Below are positions 24,499-32,000 of a stretch of 32,000 nucleotides of DNA, piece by piece; position 1 is the first letter of the stretch, and each line of letters begins with the position of its first letter. Source of the DNA: Ktedonobacterales bacterium (GTDB taxonomy: Bacteria; Chloroflexota; Ktedonobacteria; Ktedonobacterales; JADMIN01); NCBI GenBank assembly GCA_030167145.1, contig CP126532.1, positions 1,620,001 through 1,652,000 on the forward strand. The letters run 5' to 3'. The notes under the pieces were generated by a model. It saw only the letters and a list, made by a program, of their open reading frames with translations, was not told the origin of the DNA and ran no database searches. Made by a program: the position numbers and the translations under genes.

Positions 24499-27400
24499 TC
24501 AGTGGGTGTCGGTGTGGCGGGGGGCGGCGGCAGGTACGGCGGCGGGTTCGTCTTCGGGCGCGGGACGCAGGTGCAGCGCCTCGCGGGCGATGAGGCCGTT
24601 GGGCATCTGGCGCAGACGGTAGGCGGTGGCGTAGTTGACGCCCTCGGCGAAGAGGTCGAGGTTGGGGCTGGCGATGACGAGGCCCATGCCCAACTGCTGC
24701 GCGAAGCGAATCACGAGGTCGGCGTTGCGCTGGTCCATGCGGGCGAAGGCTTCGTCGTGCATCAGCAGGCGCAATGGCGCGTTGGAGACGGCGAACTGCA
24801 TCGCTGCCGCCGTGAGCAGCAGCACATAGACGGGCACGCGCTGCTCGCCGCCGCTGCCGAAGCCAGAGACGGCGCTATCCCACGGACGGATGCGGGCGTC
24901 CACGTCGTCGGAGTGGAGCAGTGAGACATCTACCCAGCGGCGATAATCAAGCTGGTCTACCAGGGCTTCGACGGAGGCCTGGGCTTGGCCCTGCCCTCCT
25001 CGGAACGGCTCGGAGGGGCTGCGCTGCCCTTGCATCTGTTCGTCGAGCCAGCCCGCGAAGATGGCGGTAAGCTGGCCCTGCACGCTGGCGGGCATCGCGC
25101 GGCCATGCTCCATCAGCGCGGTGGCGATGGTGACGTGGTCGAAGGGGACATCGGGCAGGCGCGCGAGGCGCACGGAGAGCTTGAGGTAGAAGCGGGTGTT
25201 GCGCGCGAAGAAACGGGCGTGGGCGAGGCGTTCGTTCAGGCCTTCGATGATGCCCTGGGCGCGGACCAATTGCTCGACGAGGTGGCTGACGACTTCGCCG
25301 AGGATGATGTCGCGCACGACGCGGGTGACACGCTGGGCGAGGGTTTGCTGCAATTGTTCAATCGAAGTGTCGAGGAACGTGAGCAGCAGGCGGGTATCGT
25401 GGGTGCCCTCCATGCGCGGGGTCACGTCGAGCAGCCAGCCCTGCGGGGCGAGCGCCAGCTCGCGCTTGACTGGCGGGCGCAGGCCGAAGCGGTCATCGGC
25501 GCCGACCAGCGCCTGATATTCGGCGACGGCGACAAGAAAGCTATTCTGCTCGCGGTCGGCGGCGCTGAAGGCGCGGGGCAGGTCGTCTTCGAGGCGCTGG
25601 CGACTGTCGCGGCCACGCGTGAGGCCGCGGGCGTAGCGCACAGGGTCATCCACCTGGTTGGCGGGGAGATCAAGGCTATCGGCGACGGCGTTGAGCAGCG
25701 CGCCAAAAGCGGTGTTGCGCTTTTGGAGCTGCGCGTTGGCGTCGGCGGCGGTGGCGGCGTGTGTCTCGCGCGCCTGCTTGGCGGCCTCCATCTGGTGCAT
25801 GGCGATGCCGCGCGCCACGGCGGTCTGGCGGGCGCGCTCTTCGGCGGCTTTGAGGCGGCGCTGCAACTGGGTGATGCGCGCCTCCACATCTTGCAGGCCA
25901 GCGGCATGTAGCGCGCTGCGCGCCTGGTTCAGCAGGCGTTGCGCCTCCTGCACGTCGTGGTCGGTGGTGTCCATCTGGGCGCGGGCCATGCCGTAGACTT
26001 CGTATTCCGCGCCGTGCGATTCCTCGGCTGAGCGCAGGCGCGTATGCAGTTGGGTGAGGCGTGCGCGCGTTTCGCCGGCGCGAGCGCCGGCATCGGCGAC
26101 GGCCTGAGCCAGTGCGGCGCGGGCGCGAGCAAGGTGGGCGGGATCGGCCAGGGCGGGATAGGCGCGGGTGGTGTCGCGCCAGCGGTCGCGCTCATCCGCT
26201 TCATCGGCGGCGGCGTCTTCGGCTTCGCGGGCGGCGGCGGCGAGCTTGACCGAGGCGGCGTCTTCGGCTTCGCGCAGGGCGCGCATGTCGTTGCGCCGCT
26301 GTTCGATCTCTTCGAGCATGTGGCTGAGTTCGCTGAGGTTGCGTGCGCGCTGCTCGGCGGTCTGCGCGGCGGCGCGCTGGGCGCGCAGGCTGTCGCGCTC
26401 GCTTTCGCGTTGCGCGGCGAGGGTATCGCGCTCGCGGGCCAGCTCGTCGCGGCGGGCGGCGGCGGCGGCCTGACGGCGCACCACGCCGATCAGCGCTTCG
26501 GAGCGTTTGGCGCGGCGGACGGTGCCGGAGCGGTCGCCCAGACGATAGCGGCCATCGGGGCAGAGATAGTCGCCGCTGCGCTGTGGCTCCTGAGCGAGGG
26601 CGACGGAGCCGAAGACGGCATCGAGATAGCGGCGCAGGTCGGGGTGGGCGGTGGTCAGCACGGAGGCGAGCGAGCCGCGCGCTGGTTTGCCTGCCTGGGG
26701 ATTGGGCAGCAGCGCGTGCCAGTCCACTTCGTTGCCCAGCGCGGCGCGCACCTGCTCGATGGGGAGGCTCAGGGTGAGCAGGGTGAGGGTATCGAGATGT
26801 TCGAGCAGCCCTTCGATGGCCTCACCCCAGGGCGCGCCTTCGCGGGCGAGGTCCAGATGGCGATAGGCGGGGGCGCTCTGCTGATCTATCGCGCGCAGTT
26901 GGGCCAGGGCGCGCTCACGTTCGGGGGAGAGCGCGGGGCGCGGCTCGGTCTGCGTTTGGCCGATCTCGCGTTCGATCTCGGCTAGCCCGGATTCGATTTC
27001 GGCGATGCGGACCTCGTGGCGGGCGGCGTGGGTGGTGGCGGCGCGCACCTGTTCGTGGGCGGCTTCGATCTCGGTCTGGCAGGAGGCGAGCAGCGGCGGC
27101 AGGAGCATCGTGCTCGGTTCTTTGCTGGGCACATCGCCGATGCCACTGGGCCAGCGCTGGATCATCTTGTCCCAGCGAGTCCAGAGCGACTGCCGGATAG
27201 TCTGCACGGCGCGGACCGCTGCCTCTTGCTGCACGCGGGCGTCGCGTTCGCTCTGGCGTGCGGTGGTCGTGGCGGCGTGGGCCAGTTCGATGCGCTTGAC
27301 GTGGGCTTCCAGAGCGGTGAACTCGGCTTCTGCCGTGACCCAGGCGGCATGGAGCGCGTCGGCGCGCGATTGGTCGGCTGGCTCGGCGAGCAGGTGTTCC

Positions 27401-28740
27401 CAGGCGGCGCGCAGCCCTTCGGGCAGGCTGCCAAGTGCGTCATTGCCACGCTGGCGAAGTTCGCCCAGGCGCGTGACGGCGCTTTCGCGCTCGGAGTCGA
27501 GCGAGTGACGGGCTGCGGCGACGGCGCGCTCGGAGCGCTGCAAGCGTTCTTCGGCCTGGCGCAGATCGCGGGCCACGCGGTCCTGGGCATGCTGCGCGGC
27601 GGTGAGGGTTTCGTTGGCGCGGGCGACGGCCTGGACGACTTCGCCCTGGTGCAACTGCTGAAGGGCTTCTAGCTCGCGGCGGGCGGCGTGTTCTTCGGCG
27701 TAGGCGGCCTCTTCGTCGGATTCGGCCTGGCGCGCGCTGGATGCGGCTTCGCGCAGGGCAGCGTCGGCCTGATCGAGAGCGAGCGCGGCGTCGTCATGCG
27801 CCCAGGCGGCGCGCAGCCAGGAGAGCGCGCCGTGATGCAGCGCGGCTTCGTGGTATTTCTTGCGCGCCTCGACCACGCCCGCCAGGGTCGCGCGGAGCTT
27901 GGCGTATTCCTCGATGTCGTGGTGGATGCGCTGGATGCTCTCAAGGCCCTCCACGAGGCGTTCCAGGTGGGGACGGTCTACGACGGGAAGGAACTGGCGC
28001 ACGACGCCACTGGGGTCGGAGACGAGCGCGTCATCTACGCGCAGACCGAGCATACGATGCAGCACATCGCAGAGCGCATCGTAGCGGCGCTGCCAGTCAG
28101 CGCCTTCGATGTTGAGCAGACGGCGGGCGACGAGACGGTTGTAGTCTTCGCTCTGGCTGGCGTTGAAGACCGCGCCGCCGGTGTTGATCAGCGTGTCGTT
28201 GGCGGCGCGGAATTGCGGCATTTCGAGCGGCGTGTGCCCCTTGGGGGTGATGTCGAGGAAGGCGACCTGCTCCAGGCTGGCGGGCAGCGCGTAGTAGAAG
28301 GGATGGGCGGAGTTGGGAGTGGCCAGTGCGGCGGAGCCGTAGACCCAGCGGCCTTCGCCCTCATGTTCGATCTCGGCGGCGCAGTAGCCGACGGTGCGCT
28401 GACGCCGCCAGCCCTTGTTGGGGCGGTCTATGCCGTGGGGATCGAAGAAGAGGATGGTGTTGCTGAGCGTGCGCTTGCTGGTGCGACCACCTTCGCGGGC
28501 GGCGAGGTTGAATTGCTTGCCCTGCACGGGGAAGAGCGCCCAGTCGAGGGCGTCGAGGATCAGCGATTTGCCGGAGCCGTTTTCGCCGATGATGGCGAGC
28601 ATGTCGCCCATGACATCGAGAATGGCGTTCTCGTGGCCGTGCCAGTTGACGAGCCGGATGCGGCGAATCCAGGCGCGGCCCGGACCTTTGCCGTTCGGTC
28701 TGCTCGTGCCGTTGGCTCCGTTGCGGGCGCTGGCGCTCAT
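24499..28740 (-). CDS. SMC-like ATPase of the MukB/MksB/JetC type (1413 aa)
   Basis: ATG at 28740 preceded by GAAGGAGG; it overlaps the upstream stop as ATGA. N-terminal head IRRIRLVNWHGHENAILDVMGDMLAIIGENGSGKSLILDALDWALF (Walker A). Very long Ala/Arg/Glu-rich coiled-coil arms. A central globular hinge-like block is encoded near 26480-26830 (...SVALAQEPQRSGDYLCPDGRYRLGDRSGTVRRAKRSEALIGVVRRQ...). C-terminal head LDYRRWVDVSLL...GFGSGGEQRVPVYVLLL...LRLLMHDEAFARMD...LVIASP. This parallels E. coli MukB (LDYRNYLEMEV...STGEA...LLFLDEAARLD...IIAAP) as I recall it. Confidence 0.85.
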   Translation of the reverse strand: MSASARNGANGTSRPNGKGPGRAWIRRIRLVNWHGHENAILDVMGDMLAIIGENGSGKSLILDALDWALFPVQGKQFNLAAREGGRTSKRTLSNTILFFDPHGIDRPNKGWRRQRTVGYCAAEIEHEGEGRWVYGSAALATPNSAHPFYYALPASLEQVAFLDITPKGHTPLEMPQFRAANDTLINTGGAVFNASQSEDYNRLVARRLLNIEGADWQRRYDALCDVLHRMLGLRVDDALVSDPSGVVRQFLPVVDRPHLERLVEGLESIQRIHHDIEEYAKLRATLAGVVEARKKYHEAALHHGALSWLRAAWAHDDAALALDQADAALREAASSARQAESDEEAAYAEEHAARRELEALQQLHQGEVVQAVARANETLTAAQHAQDRVARDLRQAEERLQRSERAVAAARHSLDSERESAVTRLGELRQRGNDALGSLPEGLRAAWEHLLAEPADQSRADALHAAWVTAEAEFTALEAHVKRIELAHAATTTARQSERDARVQQEAAVRAVQTIRQSLWTRWDKMIQRWPSGIGDVPSKEPSTMLLPPLLASCQTEIEAAHEQVRAATTHAARHEVRIAEIESGLAEIEREIGQTQTEPRPALSPERERALAQLRAIDQQSAPAYRHLDLAREGAPWGEAIEGLLEHLDTLTLLTLSLPIEQVRAALGNEVDWHALLPNPQAGKPARGSLASVLTTAHPDLRRYLDAVFGSVALAQEPQRSGDYLCPDGRYRLGDRSGTVRRAKRSEALIGVVRRQAAAAARRDELARERDTLAAQRESERDSLRAQRAAAQTAEQRARNLSELSHMLEEIEQRRNDMRALREAEDAASVKLAAAAREAEDAAADEADERDRWRDTTRAYPALADPAHLARARAALAQAVADAGARAGETRARLTQLHTRLRSAEESHGAEYEVYGMARAQMDTTDHDVQEAQRLLNQARSALHAAGLQDVEARITQLQRRLKAAEERARQTAVARGIAMHQMEAAKQARETHAATAADANAQLQKRNTAFGALLNAVADSLDLPANQVDDPVRYARGLTRGRDSRQRLEDDLPRAFSAADREQNSFLVAVAEYQALVGADDRFGLRPPVKRELALAPQGWLLDVTPRMEGTHDTRLLLTFLDTSIEQLQQTLAQRVTRVVRDIILGEVVSHLVEQLVRAQGIIEGLNERLAHARFFARNTRFYLKLSVRLARLPDVPFDHVTIATALMEHGRAMPASVQGQLTAIFAGWLDEQMQGQRSPSEPFRGGQGQAQASVEALVDQLDYRRWVDVSLLHSDDVDARIRPWDSAVSGFGSGGEQRVPVYVLLLTAAAMQFAVSNAPLRLLMHDEAFARMDQRNADLVIRFAQQLGMGLVIASPNLDLFAEGVNYATAYRLRQMPNGLIAREALHLRPAPEDEPAAVPAAAPRHTDTH
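24993..25025. repeat. family-D REP-like element copy embedded in-frame in the SMC-like CDS
   Basis: gccctcc-tcggaacggctc-ggaggggctgcgct against intergenic gcccctct-tcggaacggctc-agaggggctgcgct (20903-20936). About 31 of 34 nt are identical, with an identical 12-nt loop and changed but still pairing stems. It encodes ...QRSPSEPFRGGQ... just before the C-terminal head. Confidence 0.7.
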
Positions 28741-29576
28741 GCGTCGCCTCCTTCGGGGTTCAACTCGTCATGGGTGACGAGGCCAGCGGGCGGCAGGAAG
28801 CGGTCTATCAGGTCGGTAAATTCGTAGACGCCGCCGAATTCGCGGTCATCCAGTTTGTAGCGCTCGTCAGCGCGCTGGCGGTCGTCGGCGCCGATGCGGC
28901 GTAGGAGGCGGTAGCGCTCGAAGGCGGCGAACGCCTGGTAGAAGGCGCGCTGGTTGGCGCGCACGCGCTGCGCCGCGCCCATGCGCTGCGGTTGGGCGAC
29001 GGCGGTCTTGCGCGGTTTGCTGGCGACGCCCAGAGCTGCGGCGACGCCGTTGGTCTTCTTGCGCGAGCGGCTGGTGGCGGCGGCCAGTTCGGCGAGTTCT
29101 TCGTCGTCGGTGTCGTCGGCTTCGCCGCGCGTGGCGAGCGCCTCGTTGATGATCGCTTCGTCGAAGCTGAGCCAGGGCGACTGGCGCTGGCCCTCTTCGG
29201 CGACGTAGCGGAAGAGGTCGGCGAAACGGAAGGTGTTGGCGGATTCACCAGCCTCTAACAGGCGGACACTGCGATACGCGCGGATCAGGCAGGCGTAGGC
29301 GGTCTGTTTGCGGGCGGTCAGCTCAAAGATGTCGGCGATGCAAAACTCGCGCTGGCGGGGCGCGGTGGGCCAGTAGGCGCGCGCCCAGCGGCCCAGGCGC
29401 AGCTCCAGGTATGCGCCGAGTTCTTCTTCGAAGAAACGCTGCTCTTCGGGGTAGTGCTTGGTGAGCCAGGCGAACTCATCGGGGGCATCTTCTTGCAGGA
29501 GCGCGCTCTGCTCGATCAGCATGCGGCGGACGCGCCGCGCTAGCTCTTGCTCGCGTGCTCCCGTGTAAGTTGGCAT
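28737..29576 (-). CDS. MksE/JetB-like (KITE-type) accessory subunit candidate (279 aa)
   Basis: Position and size relative to the SMC-like gene, with a 4-nt ATGA stop/start overlap. The N-terminal pattern RRVRRMLIEQSALLQEDAPDEFAWLTKHYPEEQRFFEEELGAYLELRLGRWARAY resembles the 'W..L......v..yf..lGl.L......G.A.L' pattern I associate with MksE/JetB (DUF4194). The acidic stretch DDTDDEELAE is followed by a basic low-complexity insert. Assignment rests on synteny and weak motifs, not on a search. Confidence 0.45.
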   Translation of the reverse strand: MPTYTGAREQELARRVRRMLIEQSALLQEDAPDEFAWLTKHYPEEQRFFEEELGAYLELRLGRWARAYWPTAPRQREFCIADIFELTARKQTAYACLIRAYRSVRLLEAGESANTFRFADLFRYVAEEGQRQSPWLSFDEAIINEALATRGEADDTDDEELAELAAATSRSRKKTNGVAAALGVASKPRKTAVAQPQRMGAAQRVRANQRAFYQAFAAFERYRLLRRIGADDRQRADERYKLDDREFGGVYEFTDLIDRFLPPAGLVTHDELNPEGGDA

Positions 29577-29631
29577 AGAATGCTGCTCCGATGAGATGAT
29601 GAAAACACGTTATACAGGCCTGGCTTGTATT

Positions 29632-30534
29632 CTATCGTTCTTCGCCCGTTTCCGTATCAGCGGTAGGACCGTTCAACTGGGCGAAGAGGCCCAGGCGGTC
29701 TTGTTCTTCGATGTGTTGCCGCCGGGCTTCCTCGCGCCGAAGCTGCTGGATGCTCTTGGCGGGCGTGGCAAGCTGCTCAGGAGGCGGCACGCCCGCGTCT
29801 TCCATCGCCTTGCGGACGATATGACCCGCTTTGTGATGGGTGTGGTTGGCGTCGCTCTTGCCCTGGATGCCATCGCTGCGCAGCATTTCGCGGGCAAGCG
29901 CCGCGCGGAAGCCATTGGCGGCGGTTTCGGTGCTGCCCATGTAGTCGGCGATGTTCTGGTTGGGCTTCAGCCCCTTGCGCGCGGCGATGTCTTGCGCCGT
30001 CTCGCCATTGTAGAGGCCGCGATAGCCATGATCTTCGAAGACCGCGAAGTCGTCTGGCGTGATAACGCCCGCATCGCGCGCCGCCTTGAACAGTTCGCGA
30101 TGATAGCGTTTGAGTTTGTCGCGCTCCTCGATGCGCAGGCGTGCTTCCTCGCGGTCCTCGGCCAGTTCATCGCGGCGCGTGCGAACGGCGAAGTAGGTCT
30201 GCCCCAGGGCGACGATCTCTTTGGAGGGGTCGGCGTTCTGGACAATGAGATAGCAAGCGTAGCGCGATAGATGCACGTCATCTACCGCGCGTTGCGAGCC
30301 AGAGCCAAGTTGCACCATATGCACCATGTGGTGCATATGGTCTTCCACAGGTTGTCCGCTATTCTTACACGCCTCTTCCGCCTTCTTGATGACATCCGTG
30401 AATTTCTGCCAGCGGCTGTAATCGAGGAGTTTCGCTAGCTCGCGGGCGGACCAGAATTCGCCGTCGGCATCGGTGTGCTTGATGCGTTCGAAGGGCGAGA
30501 TGCGTCCGGTTGTGGTGGTTGGGTCGTCTGGCAT
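29632..30534 (-). CDS. dinD: DNA-damage-inducible protein D (DinD/RhuM-like) homolog
   Basis: ATG at 30534 preceded by AAGGTGAG (track start GTG at 30543). Collinear motif matches to E. coli DinD as I recall it. [27 protein letters not shown] matches PFEEIK...G.[47 protein letters not shown] matches [73 protein letters not shown] and [14 protein letters not shown] also match. Confidence 0.85.
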   Translation of the reverse strand: [300 protein letters not shown]

Positions 30535-30600
30535 GTGGCTCACCTTTCATCATCGAGCATATGGCTGACGGTGTTTCGCTGGTTCGTGGTGGCGTGTGGG

Positions 30601-32000
30601 CTAGTCGCCGCTCCGGACGCCTGGCGGCGCATCGTGGTCGTTGGTGCGCCTGCCGCGCCCGAAGGGCCAGAGGCGGCGTCCCGGCTGCGATGCGGAAGGC
30701 GGCGGCGTGGCAGTGGCCGAGCCGAGCGAGCCAGTGGTGGGTGGGCGCTGTGGCGGAACGGGCGCAGAGTAGCCCTCTAGCGGGCGCGTTGGGCGCAGGG
30801 TGTTGGGGTCAATGGCTTGCAAGGGGCGCGTGATCTGCCCGGCATCGGGGTCCAGGTCTTCGAGCGGATGCGTGGCGGCAACCGGCGCGAGGACGGAAGC
30901 CGCCGATGCGGCGGTTGCGACGTGCTGGCTGCCGGGCGCAGGCGGTGTGCTGGGCGCGGCGGCCATGGCGGGCTGTGGGCGCGCGGAGGGAGCCGGAGCA
31001 TCGGCATCGGCCAGCGCGCTGAGCCGGTCCATTGCCTCGCGGGCGGTGCGTTTCGCATCGGCGTCTGCCTGGCGGGCAGCGGTGGTGGCGAGGAAACGAT
31101 AGTTATCTAGCTCCACCACGAAGCCAGGGCCATAGAGCCGTGCCTGGCTGGCCATGCCCGCGCCCGGCGGCTGGATGCGCAGCCCCAGGCGGCGCAGTGG
31201 GGCGCTATCACGCGGGAGCCAGAGTAGCGAGGCCAGCAGGCGCAGATCGTCCATGGATTCAAGATAGCGCAGGCCACCAGCGGAGCCAGCGGCGATGAGC
31301 CGCTCGACAAGCCGCTGGCGCGCTTCTTCTTGCTCGCGGACACGCGGGTCTTCGCCGGGGTTCCAGTCTTCGGCGGTGACGAGCGCGGAGGGCGGTGGCG
31401 GCGGCGCGGGACGGTGGCGTGGGCGCAGCGACTTGAGCCAGATGTCGTCGTCCACCAGCGGCAGGGGCGAGCCGCCATGCAGTTCGAGCCAGCGGTCGAG
31501 CCGCACCTGGGCGTCGCTCTGGGGGCGCTGCTGCACCCAGATGGCGGCGTGGATCGCGCCGGAGGCGTTCCAGAGGTACTGGCGCGCGCGCTGGGTGGCG
31601 TCCTCGCCGCCCTCGGCCAGATCGCGCGAGCGGCGCAGCAGCGCGGCGATGGCCTGGGTCTGTTGCAAGCGCAGCGAGATGGCGGAGTGGATGCGCTCGG
31701 TGAGGTCCACCAGCGCCAGGCTGATCGCTTTCGCGCCCTCGCGCCACGAACCGGGGCCGCTTTCGGCCATCAATCGCTCGAAGATGACCAGTTCGTGCGC
31801 GACATCGCGGGCGACCTGATCGAGTCGTTCGCGGCGCTCGTCTTCGGTTTCGCCGAGGCCGACGCTCCATTCTTCTTCGCGCTCGCGCAGGGTTTCTTGC
31901 AGGCGGCGCACGTTCTCGCCTTCGTGGCGTTCGTCGCGCAGCGCGTCCAGCCGCTCGCGCACCTTGGCCGCACCCTCGGCGGCGACGCGGAAGAACTTCT
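30601..32000 (-). CDS. kleisin-like (MksF/JetA-like) subunit candidate, 5' end beyond the right window edge, with a Pro/Ala-rich C-terminal tail
   Basis: The reading frame stays open from 30601 to the window edge: the in-frame triplets at 31963-31998 contain no stops, and the GTG at 31962 in the track is probably internal. It is first in the operon order large-small-SMC, as in mukF-mukE-mukB and jetA-jetB-jetC. No motif that I can verify by eye, so the assignment is by synteny only. Confidence 0.4.
   Translation of the reverse strand, partial: KFFRVAAEGAAKVRERLDALRDERHEGENVRRLQETLREREEEWSVGLGETEDERRERLDQVARDVAHELVIFERLMAESGPGSWREGAKAISLALVDLTERIHSAISLRLQQTQAIAALLRRSRDLAEGGEDATQRARQYLWNASGAIHAAIWVQQRPQSDAQVRLDRWLELHGGSPLPLVDDDIWLKSLRPRHRPAPPPPPSALVTAEDWNPGEDPRVREQEEARQRLVERLIAAGSAGGLRYLESMDDLRLLASLLWLPRDSAPLRRLGLRIQPPGAGMASQARLYGPGFVVELDNYRFLATTAARQADADAKRTAREAMDRLSALADADAPAPSARPQPAMAAAPSTPPAPGSQHVATAASAASVLAPVAATHPLEDLDPDAGQITRPLQAIDPNTLRPTRPLEGYSAPVPPQRPPTTGSLGSATATPPPSASQPGRRLWPFGRGRRTNDHDAPPGVRSGD

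Noticed and set aside
24985-28827. Plus-strand ORFs of 300-380 aa (24985-25911, 26044-26985, 27688-28827) opposite the SMC-like gene
   Set aside because: They are antisense to a continuous 1413-aa ORF with head, coiled-coil and hinge architecture. Their composition (G/A/V/R runs) mirrors the complement of Ala/Arg/Glu-rich coiled-coil codons.

Overview
High-GC bacterial chromosomal window (roughly 60-65% by eye), gene-dense, taxon not assignable without a search. Most of it is ordinary, with two accessory-looking patches. Left to right: a partial repeat-tailed hypothetical gene on the minus strand (1-684), absent from the ORF track because it has no stop in the window; a G-rich divergent spacer; a soluble PAS-PAS-PAS-GAF histidine kinase; greA with a near-consensus promoter and a leader terminator; a Cys-rich secreted protein; a secreted phosphoesterase-family enzyme; a class-V aminotransferase; a stand-alone receiver plus a 142-aa unknown; a ~0.6 kb non-coding gap; two translationally coupled CrtI-like FAD oxidoreductases; hicB-hicA followed by an 81-aa acidic protein; a BBE-type FAD oxidase; a xylose-isomerase-like TIM-barrel protein; an AT-richer patch holding a 134-aa unknown and an 87-aa paralog of the acidic protein that carries a perfect 12-bp x6 in-frame repeat; a 4-TM protein; a lipoprotein; tRNA-Asn(GTT); a cluster of REP-like hairpins; and secF and secD. 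The most interesting locus is a minus-strand operon at 24499-32000: kleisin-like (5' end outside the window), dinD-like, MksE/JetB-like, then a 1413-aa MukB/MksB/JetC-like SMC ATPase. It ends at a consensus secDF promoter with no JetD/MksG Toprim gene. Many long ORFs in the track are antisense shadow ORFs typical of high-GC DNA and were rejected. All homology calls come from motif recognition by eye. No database search was run.
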